64,000 nt of DNA from Abditibacterium sp. (GTDB lineage Bacteria > Armatimonadota > Abditibacteriia > Abditibacteriales > Abditibacteriaceae): positions 2,720,001 through 2,784,000 of the forward strand of contig OZ251992.1 in assembly GCA_965246885.1 (NCBI GenBank), given 5' to 3'. The notes below the pieces were generated by a model. It did not search any database. It worked only from the letters and a program-made list of their open reading frames with translations, and was not told where the DNA came from. Of the stretch, positions 9,179 through 21,062 are shown piece after piece. The first letter of the stretch is position 1, and the number at the start of each line of letters is the position of its first letter. The translations under genes were made by a program, and so were the position numbers.

Positions 9179-10660
9179 ATGACCGAATCTTCTCCCGATG
9201 TCCTCCTCATTGGCGCGGGCATTATGAGCGCGACTTTGGGCGTGCTGCTCAAAGAACTGAACGCCGCGACCTCCATCGAACTGGTGGAGCGGCTTGATGT
9301 CGCCGCCGCCGAAAGCAGCGAAGCGTGGAACAACGCGGGCACCGGCCACGCCGCGTTTTGCGAACTGAACTACACCCCCGAAAAGCCGGACGGAACGGTG
9401 GACGTGTCTAAGGCCCTCAAAATCTGCGAGTCCTTCGATGAATCGCGGCAATTGTGGTCGTTCTTAGTGGACAAAGGCATCCTCCGTGACCCGCGCGGCT
9501 TCATCCGCCAAACGCCGCACCTCGCGTTCGTGTGGGGCGAGAAGAACGTGGAGTATCTGCGCAAGCGGTTCGAGGGAATGCAGAAATCTCCGCTCTTCGC
9601 GGGCATGGTCTTTTCGACCGACCGCGCGCAGTTGCGGGAATGGATGCCGCTCGTGATGGAAGGGCGCGACGAAACCCAGCCCGTCGCCGCGACGCGCATG
9701 GAAATAGGCACGGACGTGAACTTCGGTGCCCTGACGCGCTCGCTCCTCGACCATTTGAAGGAGTTGCCGAACGTAGTGCTCCATTTCGGCGAGGAAGTGA
9801 CGGCGCTCCACAAAGAGGCCGACGGGCGCTGGCGCGTCGAAATCCGGGAAAGGGCGAGCGGAAAATCGCGCACCGTGCGCGCGAAATTCGTCTTCATCGG
9901 CGCGGGCGGCGGGTCGCTGCCGCTTCTGCTCAAGTCGGGCATTCCCGAAGGGCGCGGCTTTGGCGGCTTCCCGGTCGGCGGGCAGTGGCTCAAATGCACT
10001 AACCCAGAGGTCGTCGCGCGGCACTCGACCAAGGTGTATGGCAAAGCCGCGCTCGGCGCGCCGCCGATGTCCGTGCCGCACCTCGACACGCGCGTGATAG
10101 ACGGCGAAAAGGCGCTGCTATTCGGCCCCTACGCCGGATTCTCGACGCGCTTCCTCAAGCAAGGCTCGCTGATGGACTTGCCGCTTTCCATTCGCCCGCA
10201 AAACATGATTCCCATGCTTGCCGTCGGCAAGGACAACTTGGGCCTGACCAAATACCTCATTGACCAAGTCCGCCAATCGCCCGACGACCGCATGGACGCG
10301 CTGCGCGAGTTCTTCCCTAACGCGAAGAAGGAGGATTGGGAGTTGGAAATGGCCGGACAGCGCGTGCAAGTCATCAAAAAAGACGCCAAACGCGGCGGCG
10401 TGTTAGAGTTCGGAACGGAAGTCGTCTCAGCCGGGGACGGCTCCCTCGCCGCCCTGCTCGGCGCCTCCCCCGGCGCGTCCACGACGGTTTCCATCATGCT
10501 CACCCTGCTCCGTCGCTGTTTCCCCGACGAGTTCAACTCCGCCGATTGGCAGACAAAACTGCGCGCCATGATCCCCTCGTTTGGCCAGTCACTGAACGAC
10601 AACGCCGAGCTATGCGCGCGCATAAGGAAGGAGACGAGCGCGGCGTTGGGGTTGGGATGA
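9179..10660 (+). CDS. mqo: malate:quinone oxidoreductase
   Basis: [38 protein letters not shown] and [10 protein letters not shown] motifs. Confidence 0.97.
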   Translation: MTESSPDVLLIGAGIMSATLGVLLKELNAATSIELVERLDVAAAESSEAWNNAGTGHAAFCELNYTPEKPDGTVDVSKALKICESFDESRQLWSFLVDKGILRDPRGFIRQTPHLAFVWGEKNVEYLRKRFEGMQKSPLFAGMVFSTDRAQLREWMPLVMEGRDETQPVAATRMEIGTDVNFGALTRSLLDHLKELPNVVLHFGEEVTALHKEADGRWRVEIRERASGKSRTVRAKFVFIGAGGGSLPLLLKSGIPEGRGFGGFPVGGQWLKCTNPEVVARHSTKVYGKAALGAPPMSVPHLDTRVIDGEKALLFGPYAGFSTRFLKQGSLMDLPLSIRPQNMIPMLAVGKDNLGLTKYLIDQVRQSPDDRMDALREFFPNAKKEDWELEMAGQRVQVIKKDAKRGGVLEFGTEVVSAGDGSLAALLGASPGASTTVSIMLTLLRRCFPDEFNSADWQTKLRAMIPSFGQSLNDNAELCARIRKETSAALGLG

Positions 10661-10729
10661 GAATAGCGTTCCTCGTATGATTGAGAAAAGCAACTCGCCG
10701 CCAAACTATAAGCGAGACGCCGTCCGAAC

Positions 10730-11008
10730 ATGGAACCAATCAAGCCAACAAACGATGCCAATGAAGGTTTAAGAACTCTTTTGGCGGCCATCTTGATTTT
10801 GGCTTTGATGCTCTGCGTGTTTGTTTTCGGCGCACTTTTCATTCTGTCGCCCCTGCTCCTCTTCCACTACGTGTTTCACTGGCCCTACTGGCTGTCGTTT
10901 TTGGTCGGTCTACCCATCGGACTTTTTGCGGCGGGAGCGTGGGTTTGGCGCATAGAAGAGAAAGCGGTTACCCAAGCCAGAATCAGAAAGAACTCCGGGG
11001 AAAAGTAG
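10730..11008 (+). CDS. small membrane protein
   Basis: 92 aa with two long hydrophobic segments. Confidence 0.65.
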   Translation: MEPIKPTNDANEGLRTLLAAILILALMLCVFVFGALFILSPLLLFHYVFHWPYWLSFLVGLPIGLFAAGAWVWRIEEKAVTQARIRKNSGEK

Positions 11009-11010
11009 AA

Positions 11011-11035
11011 GGGCGCAGTCACAATGACTGCGCCC
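11011..11035. terminator. hairpin between convergent genes
   Basis: gggcgcagtca-caa-tgactgcgccc, a perfect 11-bp stem. Confidence 0.7.
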
Positions 11036-11041
11036 CTCTGT

Positions 11042-12391
11042 TTACGCGGCTTCCAACGGTTCGTAGTCGTCCTCTTCCACGCGCTTGACTGCTCTGGGTT
11101 TGCGCGCTTCTTTGAGTAGTTGCTCGCGGGTGATGAGTTTGGGGTCTTGGTGGTTGACGATGGTGTCTTCGTCCACGATGCACTGGGCGATGTTCTTTTG
11201 GCTGGGGACGTCGAACATGATGTTGACCATCGTTTCTTCGAGGATGGAGCGAAGCGCGCGCGCTCCGGTGCGGCGCTTCATGGCGGCTTGGGCGATGGCG
11301 CGCAGGGCCTCGTCCGTGAAGCGGAGTTCCACGCCGTCGGCGCCCAAGATTTTGATGAACTGCTTGGTGAGCGAGTTCTTCGGCTCGCTGAGGATGGACA
11401 CCATCGCTTCCTCGTCGAGCGGGTCGAGCGTGGCAATAACGGGCAAGCGGCCCATAAATTCCGGGATGAAGCCGTATTTCATCAAGTCGTCGGGCGAGAC
11501 TTGCGCGAGCAGTTTCGAGCGCTCGACCGAATCGGTGATCTTCGATTGCGGGTCGGCGCGGAAGCCGAGGGTGGACTTGCGCGTGCGCCGCTCGACGATG
11601 GAATCGAGGCCCTCGAACGCGCCGCCGCAAATGAACAGGATGCCGGAGGTGTCGATATTGACGTATTCTTGCTGCGGGTGCTTTCGCCCGCCGTGCGGCG
11701 GGACGGCGGCGACGGTGCCTTCCAAGATTTTCAAGAGCGCCTGTTGCACGCCCTCGCCCGACACGTCGCGGGTGATGCTGGGGTTGTCCGACTTGCGCGT
11801 GATTTTGTCTATCTCGTCTATGTAGATGATGCCGCGACTGGCCGCGTCCGCGTCGCCATCGGCGGCTTGCAGGAGTTTGAGCAGGATGGACTCGACATCC
11901 TCGCCGACATAGCCCGCTTCTGTGAGGCTGGTCGCGTCGGCGATGCAAAAGGGCACGTCAATGATGCGCGCGAGCGTGCGGGCGAGGAGCGTTTTGCCGC
12001 TTCCAGTTGGGCCAAGCAGCAGGATGTTTGACTTTTCGAGTTCCACGCCGTCGCGGGATGGGCCGTTCTCTTGGATAGCGAGGCGCTTGTAGTGGTTGTA
12101 AACGGCGACGGAAAGGGCACGCTTGGCGCGCTCTTGGCCGATGACGTAGGAGTTGAGGACTTCGGCGATTTCGCGCGGCTTGGGCAGGGCTTTGAGCTTG
12201 CCCCACATCGAGTCGTCGTTTTCGGGCGCGTCGTCGGCGCGCACGTCACGGGTCAGGATGTCGTTGCACAAGTCCACGCACTCGTTGCAAATCGAAACAC
12301 CGGCGCCCGCGATGAGGTTGATAACCTGCTCGCGGCGCTTACCACAAAAAGAACACCGCAGATTTTCGCGGTCTTCGCCAAACATTGCCAT
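11042..12391 (-). CDS. clpX: ATP-dependent Clp protease ATP-binding subunit ClpX
   Basis: C4 zinc finger (CSFC..CNEC), [23 protein letters not shown] and RKH motifs. Confidence 0.98.
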   Translation of the reverse strand: MAMFGEDRENLRCSFCGKRREQVINLIAGAGVSICNECVDLCNDILTRDVRADDAPENDDSMWGKLKALPKPREIAEVLNSYVIGQERAKRALSVAVYNHYKRLAIQENGPSRDGVELEKSNILLLGPTGSGKTLLARTLARIIDVPFCIADATSLTEAGYVGEDVESILLKLLQAADGDADAASRGIIYIDEIDKITRKSDNPSITRDVSGEGVQQALLKILEGTVAAVPPHGGRKHPQQEYVNIDTSGILFICGGAFEGLDSIVERRTRKSTLGFRADPQSKITDSVERSKLLAQVSPDDLMKYGFIPEFMGRLPVIATLDPLDEEAMVSILSEPKNSLTKQFIKILGADGVELRFTDEALRAIAQAAMKRRTGARALRSILEETMVNIMFDVPSQKNIAQCIVDEDTIVNHQDPKLITREQLLKEARKPRAVKRVEEDDYEPLEAA

Positions 12392-12505
12392 AAGAATCCT
12401 TTGCTCGCCCCAAGACGCGGGAGCCGTAACCTGACGCACGCGCGCCGCTTGGGTTTAGCAGGAATCCTAAAACCCGCGCGCAAACTTGCTTCTCCCACGT
12501 TTGTC

Positions 12506-13444
12506 TTAGTCCGTTTTACGGGGCGAGGCGGGATGAAGCGGAACGCCCTCGTTTGTGAGAGCGACGGGTAAGATAGCCCCCTCTTCGCTGAAAAAGAGGC
12601 GGTCGAGGCACGTGACGCGGTGGTGCCCAGAGGTCGCATCGAGCGGGCGGCGGTGGTAGCAGACCACCCACTCATCTTCCGTTCCCGGCAGGAGCAAGAC
12701 GGAGTGATGTCCCGCGCCGAGGGCGATTTCGGGGTGGTTTTCGAGGATCTTGCCGCGCGGCTCAAACGGCCCGCGCGGGTTGTCGCTCACGCCGTATGCG
12801 GCCAGATACGTCGAGTTCGTCCAGTTGCCCTCGCTCCACATCAGGTAATAGAGGCCGCGCCGCTTGATGAGAAACGGCCCCTCGACGTAATCGGGCGAGG
12901 GCGTTATCTCGCGCGGCGCGCGGTGAAAGGCGCACATCGTTGGCGTTAAGGGAGCGATGACGCAGTGACCGTGCCCGCCCCACACTAAATACGCTTGCCC
13001 ATCGTCGTCCACGAAGCAGTGGGCGTCTATGGCCTGCGCGCCGAATAGGTAGTCGCGCACGAGTGGGATGCCGATGGCGTCGCGGAACGGGCCGGTGGGC
13101 GAATCGGAAACCGCCACGCCGATGCCCGCGCCGTCGCCCGCGCTGAAGTAGAAATAGAACTTGCCGTCCAACGGCGATTGCGCGCACGAAGGCGCCCATG
13201 CCGCGTAGTTCGTTGACCAGCGCACATCGCTTAAGCGCAGGATGACGCCCTCGTTTTTCCAGTTGGAGAGGTCGTCGCTGCTCCAACACTCAAACGTCGC
13301 TTGCTCGCGGAAGTCCGCCGAACCGGTCGGATAGATGTAATAGCGCCCGTTGAAGCAGTGGATTTCCGGGTCGGCATACCAGCCGGAAAAGAGGGGGTTG
13401 CCGCTCTTGGGACGGGCGGCTGGGTTCGTGGTGTTCGGGGTCAT
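12506..13444 (-). CDS. glycoside hydrolase family 43
   Basis: ADPEI, WAP, AIDA, VEGP and GHHS five-blade propeller motifs. Confidence 0.93.
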   Translation of the reverse strand: MTPNTTNPAARPKSGNPLFSGWYADPEIHCFNGRYYIYPTGSADFREQATFECWSSDDLSNWKNEGVILRLSDVRWSTNYAAWAPSCAQSPLDGKFYFYFSAGDGAGIGVAVSDSPTGPFRDAIGIPLVRDYLFGAQAIDAHCFVDDDGQAYLVWGGHGHCVIAPLTPTMCAFHRAPREITPSPDYVEGPFLIKRRGLYYLMWSEGNWTNSTYLAAYGVSDNPRGPFEPRGKILENHPEIALGAGHHSVLLLPGTEDEWVVCYHRRPLDATSGHHRVTCLDRLFFSEEGAILPVALTNEGVPLHPASPRKTD

Positions 13445-13604
13445 AAAGGGCCGCGCGGCGCAGGGCGGGGCTTCAATATAGCCTAACTAACCGCAGAGAA
13501 CAACGCTTGGGAGAAAAGATTCTAAGACAAAAACCGCGCCTCTTTTCCTCCTGACACCCCGCGCGGCGCGAGCCACACTGCTCCTCGTTCAATCCGCGAT
13601 CACC

Positions 13605-15044
13605 ATGACAAGCATCCAAGACCCCATCCGCGCCCTGCACCCCACCATCGGCGTGCCCGAACTGGGCGGCGTTTGCACGTATGAGGACGCCGCGCGCCCC
13701 GGCTTTGGCGTCGAAGAGAACGTCGCGCGCCTCAAGCGGCTCATCTGGGTCGAGCAGACGCTGTGCGACATTACCCTGTCGCGCCTCAACGCCACGCCCG
13801 AATGGGAAGTCAAGGGCGGCCTGACGCTGCATCTGCACCTCGACGCCGAACACGTGCGCGCCTTACAAGCCCGTGTCGCGGAACTGCGCCACCCACCGCA
13901 CAACTTCCACACCGCGCCCGACGCCGCCCTCGACGCCTTTTGCCAAGAGGCCCTGCGCCCGCACTCCACCATCGAAACCCTCGTAGGCATCTACCGCGTC
14001 CTGCGCCCCGCACTTATCGCCGCCTACGAAGCGCACCGCGAACTGACCAACCCGCTCGTAGATCAGCCCACGCGCCGCTTGATGCGCTTTGCGTTGCTTG
14101 AAGAGAACGAGGTAGTTCAGTGGGGGAACGAGGCAATTGAAGCGCTGACAGACACGCCGGAGAAAGAAGCGCAAGCCCGCGACTGGCAGGCGCACCTCCA
14201 TGCCTATCTCGGCGCGGCAGGCGGCATCATGGGCGACGGCGCTCGCCCAGAAAACGCTCTCCCTGCCGCGCGCGCGTCCTCTCCGCTTGAGCCGGATTTC
14301 GCCCCGCAACGCGACGCGCGCCTCGAATCGGATAACGCGCACTTCCCGCCGCACTGGGTCTACGCCGAGCGCGAGCGCCCCGTTGACGAGCGCACCCTCG
14401 CCCTCGTTTGCAAGCGCCTGTTGGAAATGGACGTGCCCGAAATGATGGCCTCCATCGTTTGGCGCGCCCGCAACGAGGCGGCGCTCGCTGGCAAGCCGAA
14501 GACATGGGACTACACGGCGGACATGGCGCGGCAGATGTGGGACGAAGCGCGCCACTCGATGATGGGCGAAAGCTGGCTCGTCGCGCACGGCGTTGACTGG
14601 ACGCGCATCCCGCTCAATGTCGGCTTCTCGCAAACGCTCAACTCGCTCGCCACCGCGCGCGAATCGCACGCCGCCCTCTTCGCCATCGAGCAGGGACTGA
14701 TGCCGCAAAACTCCGGCAAAGCCTACGAGTGGCGCACCGCCCGCGATTCCGGCGACGCCTTGGCCCAACTCTTTATGGACTACGACTGGGCCGACGAGGT
14801 ATTGCACGTCCACATCGGGCGCCACTTGGTCGAGCAGTTCGCCTCGCGCAAAGAAGCCGAAGCCGTCGGCAACGAAGCCTTCGCCCGCGTCATGGCCATG
14901 CGCGCCGCCCAAGCCCAAGAGTTGGCCACCGCCCAAGCCAAACCCGAATGGTGGCACCCCTTCGTCCAAGAAGTCTTGGGCTTTTCCCCCGAACCGTTCC
15001 AAGAAGCCGCGAGTCAAAAAGTCGCGCCTTGGAAGAACGGGTAA
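13605..15044 (+). CDS. tandem ferritin-like (DUF455-like) diiron protein
   Basis: HLHLDAEH in the N-half. LLEMD, WDEARH, IEQG and WADEVLH in the C-half. Confidence 0.7.
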   Translation: MTSIQDPIRALHPTIGVPELGGVCTYEDAARPGFGVEENVARLKRLIWVEQTLCDITLSRLNATPEWEVKGGLTLHLHLDAEHVRALQARVAELRHPPHNFHTAPDAALDAFCQEALRPHSTIETLVGIYRVLRPALIAAYEAHRELTNPLVDQPTRRLMRFALLEENEVVQWGNEAIEALTDTPEKEAQARDWQAHLHAYLGAAGGIMGDGARPENALPAARASSPLEPDFAPQRDARLESDNAHFPPHWVYAERERPVDERTLALVCKRLLEMDVPEMMASIVWRARNEAALAGKPKTWDYTADMARQMWDEARHSMMGESWLVAHGVDWTRIPLNVGFSQTLNSLATARESHAALFAIEQGLMPQNSGKAYEWRTARDSGDALAQLFMDYDWADEVLHVHIGRHLVEQFASRKEAEAVGNEAFARVMAMRAAQAQELATAQAKPEWWHPFVQEVLGFSPEPFQEAASQKVAPWKNG

Positions 15045-15053
15045 GGAGACACG

Positions 15054-15079
15054 GCGCCCGCTTCGGGGGAAGCGGGCGC
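15054..15079. terminator. hairpin between convergent genes
   Basis: gcgcccgcttc-gggg-gaagcgggcgc. Confidence 0.7.
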
Positions 15080-15086
15080 TGCGTTG

Positions 15087-15545
15087 TCACGTTGGCTCAA
15101 GCGGCTTAATCCAGAACTGGAAGTCGGACTGATTGAAGCCGCATTTGGTATATAGGCCCTGCGCCCGCGCGTTGGAACTCTCGACACCCAAGTAGATGGC
15201 GCCCGCGCCCTCGTCGCGGCATAACTGCTCGGCCCACGCAATCGCCGCCGTCGCCAAGCCGCGCCCGCGAAACGCCTCGCGCACCCAGAGATGCTCCAAC
15301 ACGCCCGTGCGCCCGCCGAACTCGAAGCTCCACCCAAAGCACACGACGAGATACCCCGCCACCTGCCCATCCGCGAGAAGAAACACGGCGCGGCCTTTGT
15401 GCGGGTCGTCCAAAAGTGGCCCCAACGCCGCGCCCGTCGCGGCGCGGTCAAAGGGCGAGGAGCCGTCGAAGGCGTTCAATTCGGCGCATAGGTCGAGGAA
15501 AGTCTCGGCATCGGGCGCGGTGACGGATTGGATGTGGATGGACAT
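15087..15545 (-). CDS. GNAT N-acetyltransferase
   Basis: LWVREAFRGRGLA acetyl-CoA motif and N.RAQGLY.K.GF. Confidence 0.92.
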   Translation of the reverse strand: MSIHIQSVTAPDAETFLDLCAELNAFDGSSPFDRAATGAALGPLLDDPHKGRAVFLLADGQVAGYLVVCFGWSFEFGGRTGVLEHLWVREAFRGRGLATAAIAWAEQLCRDEGAGAIYLGVESSNARAQGLYTKCGFNQSDFQFWIKPLEPT

Positions 15546-15548
15546 GGC

Positions 15549-17024
15549 TTAGCCTTCTGGCAGTTGGAAGTGCGGGTTTTGGATGATGCCGAAGACGTTG
15601 CCAAAAGGGTCGAAGACGGTCGCCACGAGGATGGAGTCGCCCACATCCTGCACGCCGGAACGCTCCTTCGCGCCCAGCGATAACAGCCGCGCAAAAGCGG
15701 CGTGGGCATCGGGAACGCCCCAATACACGACGGTGCCGCCGTCGCCGCCTTTGGTCGTGTGGCCGTCGGGGTCGAGCGCCAGTTCGTAGCCGCCCACGTT
15801 GAACCCCACATAAAACGGCTGGTCGAAGTAGGGCGCGATACCCAGAACAGCCGAATACCACGCCCTGGCCGCATCAAGGTCGGGCGCGTGGTAGATGGCG
15901 GTGCGAAGCCCCTGAAAATGCGGGTTAGTAGAAGATGGTTGCATGAGAAGGTGCGTTGCGGCTGGCCGCTGCAAAGAGCGCGCCGCTTCGCGCAGCAACT
16001 CCTCAGTTTCGTCCCAGCCGATGCAGGCGTCGGTGATGGACACGCCGTATTTGAGCGAGGCGGGTGCGGCTTCGGGTTGGTTGCCGGGGTTGATGTTCGA
16101 TTCGAGCATGGCGCCAATCACCGCGACTTCTCCCCCGGCGCGGGTGGCGAGCAGGTCGCGCCACACGAGGGATTGGCGGGTCGCGTCTTTGCCGGAGTTG
16201 GCGTGCGAGCAGTCCACGATAAGACCGCGCGGCAGGTCGCCCGCTTCGAGTTTGGCGGCGGCTTGTTCGATGTGGGCGCGCGAAAAGTTGGTGCCTTTGC
16301 GCCCGCCGCGCAGGACGAGGTGGCAAAACGGGTTGCCCGTCGTTTTCACGGCGCACGAGTGGCCCTCCTCGTCAATGCCCAGAAAAGCGTGCGAGTGGTT
16401 CGCGCTTTTGAGGGCGTCGAGGGCGCTTTGAAGTTCGCCGTCCGTCCCGTTCTTGAAGCCGACGGGCATGGACAAGCCCGACGCCATCTCGCGGTGCGTT
16501 TGCGATTCGGTGGTGCGCGCGCCAATGGCTGCCCAACTCACTAAGTCGGCGATGTATTGCGGCACGATGGGGTCGAGAAACTCCGTCGCCGTCGGCAAAC
16601 CGAGCGCGGCGATGTCGAGCAAGATTTGGCGGGCCAAGCGCAAGCCCGCTTCGGTGTCGAAAGAGCCGTTGAGGTAGGGGTCGTTGATAAGGCCCTTCCA
16701 GCCGACGGTGGTGCGCGGCTTCTCGAAATAAACGCGCATCACGATTTCTAACTGGGGCAACAGTTCACGGCGCAAGCGAGCCAAGCGGCGGGCATAATCG
16801 AGCGCGGCGGCGGGGTCGTGAATCGAACACGGGCCGACGATGGCGAGGTAGCGCCCATCGCGCCCAGACAGAATTTGCTCGATGGTCGTGCGCCCGTCGC
16901 GCACGGTTTGGACGATTTCTGGCGACAGGGCGATCTCTTCGCGGAGCGCGCGCGGCGGCGGAAGCGGCGCGCCGAAAGAAACGCGCGCATCCTGAAGCGG
17001 CGCCTGAGTGGGTGTGGCAGTCAT
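15549..17024 (-). CDS. aroG: 3-deoxy-7-phosphoheptulonate (DAHP) synthase class I-alpha, in frame with a C-terminal VOC/glyoxalase domain (internal ATG at 15944)
   Basis: [39 protein letters not shown] and SITDACI motifs, then FQGLRTAIY...WY..VLG...DPFGNVFG with no stop. The aroF/G/H paralog identity cannot be resolved. Confidence 0.9.
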   Translation of the reverse strand: MTATPTQAPLQDARVSFGAPLPPPRALREEIALSPEIVQTVRDGRTTIEQILSGRDGRYLAIVGPCSIHDPAAALDYARRLARLRRELLPQLEIVMRVYFEKPRTTVGWKGLINDPYLNGSFDTEAGLRLARQILLDIAALGLPTATEFLDPIVPQYIADLVSWAAIGARTTESQTHREMASGLSMPVGFKNGTDGELQSALDALKSANHSHAFLGIDEEGHSCAVKTTGNPFCHLVLRGGRKGTNFSRAHIEQAAAKLEAGDLPRGLIVDCSHANSGKDATRQSLVWRDLLATRAGGEVAVIGAMLESNINPGNQPEAAPASLKYGVSITDACIGWDETEELLREAARSLQRPAATHLLMQPSSTNPHFQGLRTAIYHAPDLDAARAWYSAVLGIAPYFDQPFYVGFNVGGYELALDPDGHTTKGGDGGTVVYWGVPDAHAAFARLLSLGAKERSGVQDVGDSILVATVFDPFGNVFGIIQNPHFQLPEG

Positions 17025-20000
17025 ATGGATTGGGATGGGGGAAGTGTAGCGGGGGCCGGGGCGGGCATTGGGACAGCCCTCACTTCTTCCATCCACCGCA
17101 CGACGCGAAACTCTGCCGCTTCGCGCGCCCTGTCCACCGTCTCCAACGGCCAAGCCGCCCCTTCAAACGCCTGCGCTTCGCGCAGTATACGCATCAGCCG
17201 CACCGCCGCCTCCCCATTGAACCACAGCGTTTGCTCGAAGTTGTTGATGCCCAAAAAGCCGCGCGCCGCGTCGTCCGACAACACCGCGTTGAGGAAAGCG
17301 AGCGGCGCCGCGCCTTCGTTGACTGAAGCGGCGGCGAGGCTGAGGCGCAGTTCGTCGCCCCAAGCGGCGCCTTCGACGCCCAACTCGCGCCACACGTTTT
17401 GTATCAGTTCCACTAAGAGCCACTCATCCGCCCATGCGCGGCTTTGCGCGCGCACGTTGAGCGCGCCGCCCAACTGCCCGACCTCGGCAAGAAGCGCATA
17501 CCCCAGCCAAAACGGGCGGCGCGCGGCATCTTTTTCGGCCAAGGCGCGCTCGACCAGCACCAGCGCCGGAAGCGTGAACGCCCCCACTTCCCCCGACACG
17601 TTCATAAACGCGCTTGCGGCCCGCGCGAACTGCGCCAAGCGCCGCGCCAGTTCGGTCTTGGCTTGCTCGACCGATAAAGCGGGGCTGGCGCCCTCTTCCA
17701 ATTGGGTTGGCGGCGTCGCAGGGGAAGCAGGCGCCTCCTTCTTAATGCCCAACAGCGCCCGCCACAACTTCGCGTCGCACAAGCCGCGAAAAGGCGCGTC
17801 GAGCGGCTCCAGCAACAGTTCCCTGAGCGCCCGTTCAATGGACGGCACGCCGCGCCCGTTTAACCGGGCCGCCAAGCGTGCATACAAACCGGCTTCGTCG
17901 CGCACCTCGCCCCATTGCCAAAAGACGTGACTTCCATAGGCGGGTAACTCAATGTACAAGCCGCGCTCGCACACGTCCTGAGAGGGGCGCAGAAATTCCA
18001 AGCCCGCCGTGTTATCGCGGAAGATGGCATAGTGAAGGCCGTGCGGGTTCAACGATAGCGCCTCGCCAATGGTTTTCTGGTGCAGTTCGCCGCTCGCTTT
18101 GTCCAAGAAGGCCGATGAATGGTGTATCCAACCGCTCGCCGGGGATGGGCGGTTGTTAAACACCACCAAGGCGCGCTCCTCACCGAGGGCGTTGGTGTAG
18201 GCAAACACATCCTCGTCCACCTTGCCGTCCGCGTTCCAAAAGTCAAACAGGTGGAAGTGGTCGCTCCCGGCGAACAGTTCCCGCTTATGGAGCAAGGGGA
18301 ACACCACGCGTGCATGGTGCGCGATAAAGCCCGCGTCGGGGGTTTCATCCCAGTAAGCGCGCGGATACTCCATGCCGTATTTCTCCTCCAAACCTTCTAT
18401 CTGCCCGTGCCCCCACATGGGAAGTCCCGGCAAAGTGGCGAGCATGGTTGCGGCACCGAAGTACTTGTCCCCCTTCCCGAACTGGCTGGCGGCGGTATCT
18501 TCGTCGGGGTTGTTCATAAAGTTCACGAAGCGGCCCAGAATGGCGCGGTCGAACTCCAGCGTGTTCTTGAGGAGCAAGCGATAATTGGCGTTCTCCTCAT
18601 CGCGGAGCATGTGCATGAACGCCGAGTTGTAAACGCGGTGCATACCCAAGGTGCGGACGAAATAGCCTTCCATCATCCAGAAAGCCTCGGCCAAGAGCAG
18701 CGTTCCCGGCACTTCGACGGCGACGGTATCCACCACTTCGCGCCAGAACTCGCGCGGCATGAGCGCATCAAACTGCGCGGCGGAAATGCCCTTGCCCGCG
18801 CGGGACGGAATATCGCCCCCGCTGCCCGGTGCCGGAAACCACAAGCGGTGGATGTGCTTCTTGGCGAGCGTCATCGCGGCATCGAAGCGGATGATGGGGA
18901 AGTGGCGCGCCACCGCCAAGATGGTCTGCATCACCGCCGCGCGCACTTCGGGCTTCAGATAGTCCAACTGCGCCGTGTCGTTCCAAGGAATCGCCGTGCC
19001 ATCGTTGCCGTGATAAACATAACGGTTCTCGCCAGTTTGCTTATCGAGGCGCCGGAACACCACGCTCGCGTCGGTGCGCGAGTAGTAGCCGTTTTCGAGG
19101 AATATCCCCATGCGCCCGTCGTCGGATAAATCGGGGCCATCGTAACTCGCGTTCGGAAACGGCGGATGCGGCAAGGACAGGAACCAGTCGCCGTGTTCGA
19201 TCATCCAATCCGAGTCCAGCCCGGTATGGTTGGGCACCATATCCGACGCCATACGGATGCCGCGCACAAAAGCGCGGCGTCGCAGGTTTTCGAGCGCGCT
19301 CCAGCCGCCCAACTCCCCGGCAACTTCGTAGTTCTTGAGCGAGTAGGCCGACGCGATGGCGTCCGGGTTGCCCGTCATGCGCTTTATCTTTTGCGAGGCG
19401 TGCGAGCGTTCCCAAACGCCAATCAGCCACAGCCCCGTTATCCCGCGCCGCGCCAATTCGTCCAATTCTTCGTCGGGCACCTGATCGAGACGGTAGATAT
19501 GGCGCCCGTATTGCTTGGATAGCTGATCGAGCCACACGTACGTCTGCTTGGCGAGCAGGACGCACTTGGGCATCCAGTCGGTATCGCCAGAAAACGCCTC
19601 GTAGTCGTCCAGCCCGACCAAGCCGCCCGCCTCCGCGCCCGCGCCAAACGACAACACCTGCGCTGGCCCCGGCCCGAAAAAGTGCGGCTTCTCCTCCTCG
19701 CGGATGAGGTCGAGATGCAACAACAAGCGCGGCAAGAACGGCGTCACCAAGTCGCCCCAACGCTCCAAGACAAAGCGCAACTGCGCCTCGACCGAATCGG
19801 GGTGGGCACGGAGCGGTTGTTTAAGGAGCGAGAGCAAATCCAGTTCGTCCGGCCCATAGGCCGGTAGCGCTCCAAAGAACGCGCCGAGGGTTTCGAGTGC
19901 CGCCGCGTAGCTCATCGGCTGAAGCGGCGCATCGTCGAAGAGTTCCGCGAAGGTGCGTAGGGCCGGATTATCGTTGGCCAGGTGCAAGCGCAGCAGCAAC

Positions 20001-20380
20001 TCCAACGCATCGGGCCGCGCCTCCAACGTCAATCCCGGCGGCGCCCATTCCAAGCGGAGCGCGCCCAGTAGTTCCTCCGTTTCCACCGCCCCGACGTTCT
20101 CATCCAAAAACGACGCGGCATCTTCGAGGGCGTCGGCCTCGACTTCCTCCGCATAACGGGCAATGACCGCCGCGAACAGTTCATCCAACAGCGCCGCCGC
20201 CGCCAAACGGCCCGACTTGACCGCGCGCTCCGGCGCCGCCGCCACGTCGCGCGCGGTATTCAAGCGCGCCGCCAACTCGCGCGCGAGGGAGAAATCAGCA
20301 AAAGTGGGCGCGTCAAACCCCCACGCTTGACGGGCCGAGTTGGACAGGGGGAAAAAGCCGGAAGCAGCGAAACGGGACAT
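17021..20380 (-). CDS. large alpha-amylase family (GH13) protein
   Basis: [15 protein letters not shown] (nucleophile), LAEAFW (acid/base) and NNPDE motifs. Stop overlaps the DAHP synthase ATG (ATGA). Confidence 0.9.
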   Translation of the reverse strand: MSRFAASGFFPLSNSARQAWGFDAPTFADFSLARELAARLNTARDVAAAPERAVKSGRLAAAALLDELFAAVIARYAEEVEADALEDAASFLDENVGAVETEELLGALRLEWAPPGLTLEARPDALELLLRLHLANDNPALRTFAELFDDAPLQPMSYAAALETLGAFFGALPAYGPDELDLLSLLKQPLRAHPDSVEAQLRFVLERWGDLVTPFLPRLLLHLDLIREEEKPHFFGPGPAQVLSFGAGAEAGGLVGLDDYEAFSGDTDWMPKCVLLAKQTYVWLDQLSKQYGRHIYRLDQVPDEELDELARRGITGLWLIGVWERSHASQKIKRMTGNPDAIASAYSLKNYEVAGELGGWSALENLRRRAFVRGIRMASDMVPNHTGLDSDWMIEHGDWFLSLPHPPFPNASYDGPDLSDDGRMGIFLENGYYSRTDASVVFRRLDKQTGENRYVYHGNDGTAIPWNDTAQLDYLKPEVRAAVMQTILAVARHFPIIRFDAAMTLAKKHIHRLWFPAPGSGGDIPSRAGKGISAAQFDALMPREFWREVVDTVAVEVPGTLLLAEAFWMMEGYFVRTLGMHRVYNSAFMHMLRDEENANYRLLLKNTLEFDRAILGRFVNFMNNPDEDTAASQFGKGDKYFGAATMLATLPGLPMWGHGQIEGLEEKYGMEYPRAYWDETPDAGFIAHHARVVFPLLHKRELFAGSDHFHLFDFWNADGKVDEDVFAYTNALGEERALVVFNNRPSPASGWIHHSSAFLDKASGELHQKTIGEALSLNPHGLHYAIFRDNTAGLEFLRPSQDVCERGLYIELPAYGSHVFWQWGEVRDEAGLYARLAARLNGRGVPSIERALRELLLEPLDAPFRGLCDAKLWRALLGIKKEAPASPATPPTQLEEGASPALSVEQAKTELARRLAQFARAASAFMNVSGEVGAFTLPALVLVERALAEKDAARRPFWLGYALLAEVGQLGGALNVRAQSRAWADEWLLVELIQNVWRELGVEGAAWGDELRLSLAAASVNEGAAPLAFLNAVLSDDAARGFLGINNFEQTLWFNGEAAVRLMRILREAQAFEGAAWPLETVDRAREAAEFRVVRWMEEVRAVPMPAPAPATLPPSQSI

Positions 20381-20576
20381 AACGCGCAGTTTGGCAGAAG
20401 ACGCTGCCCCTCTCGCACCGGTGAAAAGCGCCAAAAACTCCACGCCTTGCGCCTCGGATGTGAGATTGAGGGTTTTTCTCCCTATTACGTTAAAAAATTT
20501 GCACTAAATCGCATTGCAAGATAGTGCGTATGTCTGTTAAGGTTGATTCCGTTCCAAGGAGGAACACACTTTCACA

Positions 20577-21050
20577 ATGAAAATTCCCAAAACCCTTGTG
20601 CTTTGCACCCTGCTCTGCGCTCTTCCCACGAGCGCCCTCCTGACCGGTTGCGGCGGCGGCGGAAGCGGCATCTCCGTCCCGCAGGTTCCCATTCCGGCAG
20701 GCACCATTCCCACGCTCGCCCAACTCGCGGGCAATTACACCGCCACTGCAACGCAGACAACGGGCGACGCCAGCACCGGCAAAGGCGGCAGCGGCACTTA
20801 TAACGTCACGATTGATAACACCGGCCACGCTTCGGGCGTTAACCCAAACGATAGCACTGACACCATCTCAGGCACCGTCAATGCATCCAATGGTGAGTTC
20901 TCATTCAGTGGCGGCGATGGCGGTACGGGAACGGGCTATTTCCGCCTCAACAACGGCGTTATCACTGGCACCGGCACTTTCTACGCCCCGCACGGCGACA
21001 ACAACAACAATCCTGCTGCTGGCACTTTCAACTTCACCAGCGTTTCGTAG
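20577..21050 (+). CDS. lipoprotein, Gly/Thr-rich beta protein
   Basis: AAGGAGG RBS and lipobox LTG-C followed by GGGGS. Confidence 0.8.
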   Translation: MKIPKTLVLCTLLCALPTSALLTGCGGGGSGISVPQVPIPAGTIPTLAQLAGNYTATATQTTGDASTGKGGSGTYNVTIDNTGHASGVNPNDSTDTISGTVNASNGEFSFSGGDGGTGTGYFRLNNGVITGTGTFYAPHGDNNNNPAAGTFNFTSVS

Positions 21051-21062
21051 TCGCCCCTCTGC

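Noticed and set aside
5717..10660. pyc-mqo adjacency
   Set aside because: Both act at the oxaloacetate node, which is ordinary metabolic clustering.
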